This document shows positions 35,680-46,039 of a stretch of 64,000 nucleotides of DNA, in pieces. The translations under genes were made by a program, and so were the position numbers. Source of the stretch: Ranitomeya imitator (taxonomy: Eukaryota); assembly GCF_032444005.1 (NCBI RefSeq), contig NC_091285.1, positions 705,250,001-705,314,000 on the forward strand, given 5' to 3'. The notes under the pieces were generated by a model, which had not been told where the DNA came from, searched no databases, and was given only the letters and a program-made list of their open reading frames with translations. Numbering within the stretch: position 1 is the first letter of the stretch; each line of letters opens with the position of its first letter.

Positions 35680-38600
35680 AGAGTGCCATCCCTGTGTGTG
35701 CCATCTCTCTCACATAGTGGGCCATAGAAAGCCTATTTTTTTGGTTGATTTGGTTTCTAAATTCTACCTGAAAAAATCAATAAATCAATCAGTGGGAGAT
35801 AAATATTGGCCTCTGGGCTTGTGTGCCACTCCTGACTCCTGTGTGTGCCATCTCTCACTCATTGGGCCATAGAAAGCCTATTTTTTTTGGTTGATTTGGT
35901 TTCTAAATTCTACCTGAAAAAATCAATAAATCAATCAGTGGGAGATAAATATTGGCCTCTGGGCTTGTGTGCCACTCCTGACTCCTGTGTGTGCCATCTC
36001 TCACTCAGTGAGCCATAGAAAGCCTATTATTTTTTTTTGTTGATTTGGTTTCTAAATTCTACCTGAAAAAATCAATAAATCAATCAGTGGGAGATAAATA
36101 TTGGCCTCTGGGCTTGTGTGCCACTCCTGACTCCTGTGTGTGCCATCTCTCACTCAGTGGGCCATAGAAAGCCTATTTATTTTTTTTGTTGATTTGGTTT
36201 CTAAATTCTACCTGAAAAAATCAATAAATCAGTCAGTGGGAGATAAATATTGGCCTCTGGGCTTGTGTGCCACTTCTGACTCCTGTGTGTGCCATCTCTC
36301 ACTCAGTGGGCCATAGAAAGCCTATTTATTTTTTTTTGTTGATTTGGTTTCTAAATTCTACCTGAAAAAATCAATAAATCAGTCAGTGGGAGATAAATAT
36401 TGGCCTCTGGGCTTGTGTGCCACTTCTGACTCCTGTGTGTGCCATCTCTCACTCAGTGGGCCATAGAAAGCCTATTTATTTTTTTGGTTGATTTGGTTTC
36501 TAAATTCTACCTGAAAAAAATCAATAAATCAATCAGTGGGAGATAAATATTGGCCTCTGGGCTTGTGTGCCACTCCTGACTCCTGTGTGTGCCATCTCTC
36601 ACTCAGTGGGCCATAGAAAGCATATTAATTTTTTTTGTTGATTTGGTTTCTAAATTCTACTGGAAAAAAATCAATAAATCAATCAGTGGGAGATAAATAT
36701 TGGCCTCTGGGCTTGTGTGCCACTTCTGACTCCTGTGTGTGCCATCTCTCACTCAGTGGGCCATAGAAAGCCTATTTATTTTTTTGGTTGATTTGGTTTC
36801 TAAATTCTACCTGAAAAAATCAATAAATCAGTCAGTGGGAGATAAATATTGGCCTCTGGGCTTGTGTGCCACTTCTGACTCCTGTGTGTGCCATCTCTCA
36901 CTCAGTGGGCCATAGAAAGCCTATTTATTTTTTTTGTTGATTTGGTTTCTAAATTCTACCTGAAAAAATCAATAAATCAATCAGTGGGAGATAAATATTG
37001 GCCTCTGGGCTTGTGTGCCACTTCTGACTCCTGTGTGTGCCATCTCTCACTCAGTGGGCCATAGAAAGCCTATTTATTTTTTTAGTTGATTTGGTTTCTA
37101 AATTCTACCTGAAAAAAATCAATAAATCAATCAGTGGGAGATAAATATTGGCCTCTGGGCTTGTGTGCCACTACTGACTCCTGTGTGTGCCATCTCTCAC
37201 TCAGTGGGCCATAAAAAGCCTATTTATTTTTTTTGTTGATTTGGTTTCTAAATTCTACCTGAAAATATCAATAAATCAGTCAGTGGGAGATAAATATTGG
37301 CCTCTGGGCTTGTGTGCCACTTCTGATTCCTGTGTGTGCCATCTCTCACTCAGTGGGCCATAGAAAGCCTATTTATTTTTTTGGTTGATTTGGTTTCTAA
37401 ATTCTACCCGAAAAAATCAATAAATCAGTCAGTGGGAGATAAATATTGGCCTCTGGGCTTGTGTGCCACTTCTGACTCCTGTGTGTGCCATCTCTCACTC
37501 AGTGGGCCATAGAAAGCCTATTTATTTTTTTAGTTGATTTGGTTTCTAAATTCTACCTGAAAAAAATCAATAAATCAATCAGTGGGAGATAAATATTGAC
37601 CTCTGGGCTTGTGTGCCACTCCTGACTCCTGTGTGTGCCATCTCTCACTCAGTGGGCCATAGAAAGCCTATTTTTTTTTTTTTGGTTTCTAAATTCTCCC
37701 GGAAAAAATCCTTTTATTTTATTTGGTTTCTAAATTCTTCCTGAAAAAAATCATTTTATTTTATTTTGTTTCTAAAGTCTCCCTGAAAAAAAAAAATGGG
37801 AGATTAATATTGCCCTTTCTGCTTGTGTGCCAGTCTTGACTCCTGGGTGTGCCATCTCTCTCTCTCTCAAATAGTGGGCACTGGGCCATAGAAAGGCAAT
37901 TTTTTTTTATTTGGTTTCTAAATTCTCCCGGAAAAAATCATTTTATTTTATTTGGTTTCTAAATTCTTCCTTAAAAAATCATTTTATTTTATTTTGTTTC
38001 TAAAGTCTCCCTGAAAAAAAAAAAAATCAGTGGGAGATTAATATTGCCCTTTCTGCTTGTGTGCCAGTCTTGACTCCTGGGTGTGCCATCTCTCTTTCTC
38101 TTTTAAATAGTGGGCACTGGGCCATAGAAAGGCAATTTATTTTTTTATTTGGTTTCTAAATTCTCCCGGAAAAAATCATTTTTTTTTATTTGGTTTCTAA
38201 ATTCTTCCTTAAAAAATCATTTTATTTTATTTTGTTTCTAAAGTCTCCCTGAAAAAAAAAAATCAGTGGGAGATTAATATTGCCCTTTCTGCTTGTGTGC
38301 CAGTATTGACTCCTGGGTGTGCCATCTCTCTCTCTCAAATAGTGGGCACTGGGCCATAGAAAGGCAATTTTTTTTTATTTGGTTTCTAAATTCTCCCGGA
38401 AAAAATCATTTTACTTTTTTTTGGTTTCTAAATTCTTCCTTAAAAAAATCATTTTATTTTATTTTGTTTCTAAAGTCTCCCTGAAAAAAAAAAAAATCAG
38501 TGGGAGATTAATATTGCCCTTTCTGCTTGTGTGCCAGTCTTGACTCCTGGGTGTGCCATCTCTCTCTCTAAAATAGTGGGCACTGGGCCATAGAAAGGCA

Positions 38601-38700
38601 ATTTTTTTTTTTTTTGCTTTCTAAATTCTCCCTGAAAAAAAAAAATACAGTGGGAGATTAATATTGACATTTGTGCTTGAGTGACAGTCCTGCGTGTGTG
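35680..38700. repeat. 5' tandem array of hAT-A: 13 x ~149 bp, then ~4.5 x ~235 bp
   Basis: gggagataaatattg occurs 13 times from ~35794 to ~37584. gggagattaatattg occurs near 37798, 38032, 38267, 38502 and 38652. Confidence 0.95.
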
Positions 38701-41700
38701 GCATCTCTCTGATTTGGTGCCACAGGATACAGAGTGTGTAACATTGTGCCTGATTTTCCTTGCGGTCTCACCAACCTGTAAAGGGATATCGAAATCATAC
38801 TGAAGTTATAGCTCACCATGTAAGTTGTTTGACAGCAACAAATACCGTTACTTTTGGTTACGTTTTTAAAACAATGAGGAAGTCTGGCGGAAGAGGTTGT
38901 GGCCGGGGGCGTTCATTGTCAGCTGGTAATGATGGTAGTGGTAGTGGAGCATCAGGTGGTCGTGGGAAAATAAATATTGCACCTAAGTCTGGAGCTGTGG
39001 AGCCAGGTTCGTCGTCTGGCTACAGAAGGCCTCGAACGCTCCCTTTTCTGGGAGTAGGAAAACCGCTTTTAAAGCCGGAGCAGCAAGAGCAAGTTTTGGC
39101 TTACCTTGCAGACTCAGCCTCTAGCTCTTTTGCCTCCTCTTTTGAAACTGGTAAATGTAAAAGCAGCGCGTCGTTAGTGGATGTTCACGGTCAGGGACAA
39201 GTCGCTTCCTTGTCCTCTTCAGCAAAAACAACAACAGAGAAGGATGCAGCAGGCGACACAACGGGTTACTCCATGGAGCTTTTTACACATACCGTCCCTG
39301 GCTTACAAAGTGAAGCAGTTAACAGGCCATGCCCATTACAAGTTGAATCTGACATGGAGTGCACTGATGCACAGCCACAGCCAGACTACTATGCTGGTCC
39401 TTTGACTCAGACCACAACATTGCCCTCGCAGGGTACTGATCCAGAATCAGACCCTGATGAGACTATGTTGCCCCATCACGAACGCTCTACCACCGAATTA
39501 CACGGTGACACAGACGAAGTTGCGCACGAGCTAGAAGAGGAGGTTATAGATGACCCAGTTGTTGACCCCGATTGGCAGCCATTGGGGGAACAGGGTGCAG
39601 GCGGCAGTAGTTCTGAAGCGGAGGAGGAGGGGCCACAGCAGGCATCAACATCGCAACAGGTTCCATCTGCCGGGCCAATGTCTGGCCCAAAACACGTGGC
39701 AAAGCCAAAAACTGTTGGAGGACAGCGTGTCCATCCGGTTACAGCTCAGTCTGCAATGCCTGAAAAGGTATCCGATGCTAGAAAGAGTGCAGTCTGGCAT
39801 TTTTTTAAACAACATCCAATTGATCCGCACAAAGTCATCTGTCAAAAATGTTCAACTAGCTTAAGCAGAGGTCAGAATCTGAAAAGTCTCAATACAAGTT
39901 GCATGCTTAGACATTTAACCACCATGCATTTGCAAGCCTGGACTAACTACCAAATGTCCCTTAAGGTTGTAGCACCCTCGGCCAATGAAGCTAGTCAGCA
40001 ACGCTACATCCCTGCCGTCACTGTAAGGCCACCATTTTCCGCACCACCAGCAGTATATGTGCAGGTTTCTTTGCCAGCCCAAAGCAGTCAGGGTCAGGGA
40101 ATCACCAGTTTCGTAGGAGGAAATACTGCATCTAGGGCACCGGCAGAAAACAATACCGTCTCCAACCGTCTCTCAGTCTGCCATGTCCACCGGCACATCC
40201 GCTAGTTCCACGATCTCCAGCTCTCCAGTCCAGCTCACCCTACATGAGACTATGGTTAGAAAAAGGAAGTACTTAGCCTCGCATCCGCGTACACAGGGTT
40301 TGAACGCCCACATAGCTAGACTAATCTCGTTAGAGATGATGCCCTACCGGTTAGTTGAAAGCAAAGCTTTCAAAGCCCTGATGGAGTACGCTGAACCACG
40401 CTACGAGCTACCCAGTTGACACTTCTTTTCGAGAAAAGCCATCCCAGCCCTGCACCAGCATGTTAAAGAGCGCATCGTCCATACACTCAGGCAATCTGTG
40501 AGTACAAATGTGCACCTGACTACAGATGCATGGACCAGTAGGCATGGCCAGGGACGTTACGTGTCCATCACGGCACACTGGGTGAATGTGGTGGATAAAG
40601 GGTCCACAGGGGACATCAATTTCGGGACAGTTGTGCCTAGCCCACGGTCTAGGAAACAGTTGGCTGTAGGCGTTCGCACCCCCTCCTCCTCCTCCTCGTC
40701 CTCCTGCAGAAGCGAGAGCTCGTCCACAGACCGCAGTCGCACAACCACTCCATCCGCAGCTGCCACTGTTGCACACCAGTTGTCCCATTATGGCCCAGCT
40801 ACTGGCAAGCGTCAGCAGGCTGTATTGGCTAAGAAGTGTTTGGGCGACAACAGACACACCGCGGAAGTTCTGTCTGAGTTCTTGCAGCAAGAAACGCAGT
40901 CGTGGCTGGGCACAGTAGATCTTGAGGCAGGCAAGGTAGTGAGTGATAACGGAAGGAATTTCATGGCTGCCATCTCCCTTTCCCAACTGAAACACATTCC
41001 TTGCCTGGCTCACACCTTAAACCTGGTGGTGCAGTGCTTATTGAAATCTTATCCTGGGTTCTCCGACCTGCTCCTCAGAGTGCGTGGACTTTGCTCACAT
41101 ATCCGCCGTTCGTCTGTACACTCCAGCCGTATGCAGACCTATCAGCGGTCTTTGAACCTTCCCCAGCATCGCCTAATCATAGACGTTGCAACAAGGTGGA
41201 ACTCAACACTGCACATGCTTCTGAGACTGTGCGAACAGAGGCGGGCTGTTATGTTTTTGTGGGAGGATACACATACACGGGCAGGCAGTAGGATGGCAGA
41301 CATGGAGTTGTCAGGTGTGCAGTGGTCAAAGATACAAGACATGTGTCAAGTCCTTCAGTGTTTTGAGGAATGCACACGGCTGGTTAGTGCAGACAACGCC
41401 ATAATAAGCATGAGCATCCCCCTAATGTGTCTGCTGATGCAAAGTTTGACGCACATAAAGGATCAGGCAACTGCACCAGAGGAAGAGGAAAGCCTTGTTG
41501 ACAGTCAGCCATTGTCTGGTCATGGCAGTGTACAGGACGAGGTAGCGGGCGAAGAGGAGGAGGAGGACGAGGAGGATGATGGGGATGATTATATTTTTAA
41601 TGAGGAAGCTTTCCCTGGGGCACTGGAAATTGGTGGCGTGGCAAGGCCGGGTTCTGGTTTTGTGAGGAACACAAGTGACGTAGATTTGCCTGAAACTGCC

Positions 41701-41871
41701 CCTCAACCAATCACAACCGCAGATTTGACAACTGGAACTTTGGCCCACATGGCAGATTATGCCTTACGTATCCTCAAAAGGGACACACGCATTACTAAAA
41801 TGATGAACGATGACAATTACTGGTTGGCCTGCCTCCTTGATCCTCGCTATTAAGGCAAATTGCAAAATATT

Positions 41872-44800
41872 ATGCCACATGAGAACTTGGAACTAATATT
41901 AGCAACCAAACAATCAACTCTTGTTGACCGTTTGCTTCAGGCATTCCCAGCACACAGCGCCCGTGATCGTTCTCACACGAGCTGCAGGGGCCAGCAGACC
42001 AGAGGTGTTAGAGAGGGAGAAATCAGAAGTGGTGTTGGACAGAGGGGTTTTCTGACCAGGTTGTGGAGTGATTTTGCTATGACCGCAGACAGGACAGGTA
42101 ATGCAGCATCAATTCAAAGTGACAGGAGACAACATTTGTCCAGTATGGTTACTACATACAAACAAAATCCTCTAAACTGCATGCTTGCAAACGCCAGAAG
42201 CCTGACAAACAAGATGGAAGAACTAGAAGCAGAAATATCTACAGGTAACTTTGACATAGTGGGAATAACCGAGACATGGTTAGATGAAAGCTATGACTGG
42301 GCAGTTAACTTACAGGGTTACAGTCTGTTTAGAAAGGATCGTAAAAATCGGAGAGGAGGAGGGGTTTGTCTCTATGTAAAGTCTTGTCTAAAGTCCACTT
42401 TAAGGGAGGAAATTAGCGAAGGAAATGAGGATGTCGAGTCCATATGGGTCGAAATTCATGGAGGGAAAAATGGTAACAAAATTCTCATTGGGGTCTGTTA
42501 CAAACCCCCAAATATAACAGAAACCATGGAAAGTCTACTTCTAAAGCAGATAGATGAAGCTGCAACCCATAATGAGGTCCTGGTTATGGGGGACTTTAAC
42601 TACCCGGATATTAACTGGGAAACAGAAACCTGTGAAACCCATAAAGGCAACAGGTTTCTGCTAATAACCAAGAAAAATTATCTTTCACAATTGGTGCAGA
42701 ATCCAACCAGAGGAGCAGCACTTTTAGACCTAATACTATCTAATAGACCTGACAGAATAACAAATCTGCAGGTGGTCGGGCATCTAGGAAATAGCGACCA
42801 CAATATTGTACAGTTTCACCTGTCTTTCACTAGGGGGACTTGTCAGGGAGTCACAAAAACACTGAACTTTAGGAAGGCAAAGTTTGACCAGCTTAGAGAT
42901 GCCCTTAATCTGGTAGACTGGGACAATATCCTCAGAAATAAGAATACAGATAATAAATGGAAAATGTTTAAGAACATCCTAAATAGGCAGTGTAAGCGGT
43001 TTATACCTTGTGGGAATAAAAGGACTAGAAATAGGAAAAACCCAATGTGGCTAAACAAAGAAGTAAGACAGGCAATTAACAGTAAAAAGAAAGCATTTGC
43101 ACTACTAAAGCAGGATGGCACCATTGAAGCTCTAAAAAACTATAGGGAGAAAAATACTTTATCTAAAAAACTAATTAAAGCTGCCAAAAAGGAAACAGAG
43201 AAGCACATTGCTAAGGAGAGTAAAACTAATCCCAAACTGTTCTTCAACTATATCAATAGTAAAAGAATAAAAACTGAAAATGTAGGCCCCTTAAAAAATA
43301 GTGAGGAAAGAATGGTTGTAGATGACGAGGAAAAAGCTAACATATTAAACACCTTCTTCTCCACGGTATTCACAGTGGAAAATGAAATGCTAGGTGAAAT
43401 CCCAAGAAACAATGAAAACCCTATATTAAGGGTCACCAATCTAACCCAAGAAGAGGTGCGAAACCGGCTAAATAAGATTAAAATAGATAAATCTCCGGGT
43501 CCGGATGGCATACACCCACGAGTACTAAGAGAACTAAGTAATGTAATAGATAAACCATTATTTCTTATTTTTAGGGACTCTATAGCGACAGGGTCTGTTC
43601 CGCAGGATTGGCGCATAGCAAATGTGGTGCCAATATTCAAAAAGGGCTCTAAAAGTGAACCTGGAAATTATAGGCCAGTAAGTCTAACCTCTATTGTTGG
43701 TAAAATATTTGAAGGGTTTCTGAGGGATGTTATTCTGGATTATCTCAATGAGAATAACTGTTTAACTCCATATCAGCATGGGTTTATGAGAAATCGCTCC
43801 TGTCAAACCAATCTAATCAGTTTTTATGAAGAGGTAAGCTATAGACTGGACCACGGTGAGTCATTGGACGTGGTATATCTCGATTTTTCCAAAGCGTTTG
43901 ATACCGTGCCGCACAAGAGGTTGGTACACAAAATGAGAATGCTTGGTCTGGGGGAAATTGTGTGTAAATGGGTTAGTAACTGGCTTAGTGATAGAAAGCA
44001 GAGGGTGGTTATAAATGGTATAGTCTCTAACTGGGTCGCTGTGACCAGTGGGGTACCGCAGGGGTCAGTATTGGGACCTGTTCTCTTCAACATATTCATT
44101 AATGATCTGGTAGAAGGTTTACACAGTAAAATATCGATATTTGCAGATGATACAAAACTATGTAAAGCAGTTAATACAAGTGAAGATAGTATTCTGCTAC
44201 AGATGGATCTGGATAAGTTGGAAACTTGGGCTGAAAGGTGGCAGATGAGGTTTAACAATGATAAATGTAAGGTTATACACATGGGAAGAAGGAATCAATG
44301 TCACCATTACACACTGAATGGGAAACCACTGGGTAAATCTGACAGGGAGAAGGACTTGGGGATCCTAGTTAATGATAAACTTACCTGGAGCAGCCAGTGC
44401 CAGGCAGCAGCTGCCAAGGCAAACAGGATCATGGGGTGCATTAAAAGAGGTCTGGATACACATGATGAGAGCATTATACTGCCTCTGTACAAATCCCTAG
44501 TTAGACCGCACATGGAGTACTGTGTCCAGTTTTGGGCACCGGTGCTCAGGAAGGATATAATGGAACTAGAGAGAGTACAAAGGAGGGCAACAAAATTAAT
44601 AAAGGGGATGGGAGAACTACAATACCCAGATAGATTAGCGAAATTAGGATTATTTAGTCTAGAAAAAAGACGACTGAGGGGCGATCTAATAACCATGTAT
44701 AAGTATATAAGGGGACAATACAAATATCTCGCTGAGGATCTGTTTATACCAAGGAAGGTGACGGGCACAAGGGGGCATTCTTTGCGTCTGGAGGAGAGAA

Positions 44801-44958
44801 GGTTTTTCCACCAACATAGAAGAGGATTCTTTACTGTTAGGGCAGTGAGAATCTGGAATTGCTTGCCTGAGGAGGTGGTGATGGCGAACTCAGTCGAGGG
44901 GTTCAAGAGAGGCCTGGATGTCTTCCTGGAGCAGAACAATATTGTATCATACAATTAG
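41872..44958 (+). CDS. Chimeric ORF: ~94 hAT transposase codons fused in frame to intact CR1 ORF2 (APE endonuclease + RT)
   Basis: No stop from 41860 (first ATG 41872) to 44958. Junction SSMVT|TYKQNPLNCMLANARSL. APE motifs GITETW, GDFNYPD, SDHN; RT motifs PGPDG, NYRPVSL, DFSKAFD, QGSVLGP, FADD. The open frame is certain; expression is unknown. Confidence 0.85.
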   Translation: MPHENLELILATKQSTLVDRLLQAFPAHSARDRSHTSCRGQQTRGVREGEIRSGVGQRGFLTRLWSDFAMTADRTGNAASIQSDRRQHLSSMVTTYKQNPLNCMLANARSLTNKMEELEAEISTGNFDIVGITETWLDESYDWAVNLQGYSLFRKDRKNRRGGGVCLYVKSCLKSTLREEISEGNEDVESIWVEIHGGKNGNKILIGVCYKPPNITETMESLLLKQIDEAATHNEVLVMGDFNYPDINWETETCETHKGNRFLLITKKNYLSQLVQNPTRGAALLDLILSNRPDRITNLQVVGHLGNSDHNIVQFHLSFTRGTCQGVTKTLNFRKAKFDQLRDALNLVDWDNILRNKNTDNKWKMFKNILNRQCKRFIPCGNKRTRNRKNPMWLNKEVRQAINSKKKAFALLKQDGTIEALKNYREKNTLSKKLIKAAKKETEKHIAKESKTNPKLFFNYINSKRIKTENVGPLKNSEERMVVDDEEKANILNTFFSTVFTVENEMLGEIPRNNENPILRVTNLTQEEVRNRLNKIKIDKSPGPDGIHPRVLRELSNVIDKPLFLIFRDSIATGSVPQDWRIANVVPIFKKGSKSEPGNYRPVSLTSIVGKIFEGFLRDVILDYLNENNCLTPYQHGFMRNRSCQTNLISFYEEVSYRLDHGESLDVVYLDFSKAFDTVPHKRLVHKMRMLGLGEIVCKWVSNWLSDRKQRVVINGIVSNWVAVTSGVPQGSVLGPVLFNIFINDLVEGLHSKISIFADDTKLCKAVNTSEDSILLQMDLDKLETWAERWQMRFNNDKCKVIHMGRRNQCHHYTLNGKPLGKSDREKDLGILVNDKLTWSSQCQAAAAKANRIMGCIKRGLDTHDESIILPLYKSLVRPHMEYCVQFWAPVLRKDIMELERVQRRATKLIKGMGELQYPDRLAKLGLFSLEKRRLRGDLITMYKYIRGQYKYLAEDLFIPRKVTGTRGHSLRLEERRFFHQHRRGFFTVRAVRIWNCLPEEVVMANSVEGFKRGLDVFLEQNNIVSYN

Positions 44959-45066
44959 GTTCTGTAGAAGGACGTAGATCTGGGGATTTATTATGATGGA
45001 ACATAGGCTGAACTGGATGGACAAATGTCTTTTTTCGGCCTTGCTAACTATGTTACTATGTTACTA
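42155..45066 (+). mobile_element. CR1 LINE, truncated just upstream of the ORF2 endonuclease domain
   Basis: Begins catacaaacaaaatcc at 42155, has a complete ORF2 and 3' UTR, and ends in (ctatgtta)n. gttacta is present at both junctions (42148-42154, 45060-45066). Confidence 0.96.
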
Positions 45067-46039
45067 ACTATTTTTCATCCCTTATCGACGTTCTCCCTCA
45101 ACCCTCATTCCCATTTGATTACTGGGCATCCAAATTAGACACCTGGCCAGAATTGGCAGAATATGCATTGCAGGAGCTTGCTTGCCCAGCAGCTAGTGTC
45201 CTATCCGAAAGAGTATTCAGTGCTGCAGGTTCAATATTAACCGAAAAAAGGACTCGTCTGGCTACCCAAAATGTAGATGATTTAACCTTCATTAAAATGA
45301 ACCACAACTGGATTTCGAAATCTTTTGCCCCACCTTGCCCGGCCGACACCTAGCTTTCCTATGAAAAGGTCTTGCCTGTGGGCTATTCTGAATGACTTTC
45401 GCAATCTCGTAATTTGCAGCACCTGATTGTCCAGCATATGACATGTTTACACCTCCCTAAATGGCCAAACTCCCCACACGGGGCCGTGGTATCGCCACTT
45501 GGCGCCAGCACCCGTGAGAGTGCTGTTTGTCTGAAGAGGTGGGTGTGCCCGCTTTTGGTCGACGGCACTGCCACTGGGTCCCTCATAGTACAATAAAGTG
45601 TCTCTGGCGGTGGTGGTGCGCACCCAACGTCAAACACACCGTTGTAACATGAGGGGCCCTGGGCCTGTACCGCCGGACACAAGAGAGTTCCCCTACCCCA
45701 AGCTCAAACATTGCTAAACCACTTGCACAATTATCTCTCACAGTTCCACCAATGTTTAGTCTATGCGCTGACATCCGTAAATTCCTGCCACTGACAATAC
45801 CATTGTGTTGACATGTATGATGGTACTTAACATAGTCAGGGGCAGTGTCCTATATTTACCCAAGTAAATACTTTGTGCCAAATTACTAGGTATGAAACTA
45901 CGCAGAGGAGCCCACCCCAGTACCGAATGATTGCACCCTTTGGTGGTTTCGTTTTGTTGTCATGCGAGAGATTAACATGTATTTATTGTTTGGGACTACT
46001 AACTGGCAGACACTCATTATAATCGGCCTCCGCTGACAA

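Larger units (their letters stand above)
38874..45353 (+). pseudogene. hAT-A transposase with 1 frameshift, 2 nonsense codons and a CR1 insertion
   Basis: ATG 38874; BED finger VWHFF...ICQKC...MLRHLTTMH; +1 shift near 40150; TGA 40417-40419; LTTDAW, VSDNGRN, PCLAH, TRWNST; TAA 41851-41853. After the CR1: YWASKLDTWPELA...SERVFS...FIKMN, stop at 45353. Confidence 0.95.

Noticed and set aside
41860-44958. A domesticated or active full-length transposase-RT gene
   Set aside because: A frameshift and two stops lie upstream and there is no expression evidence. It is kept only as a hypothesis in the findings.
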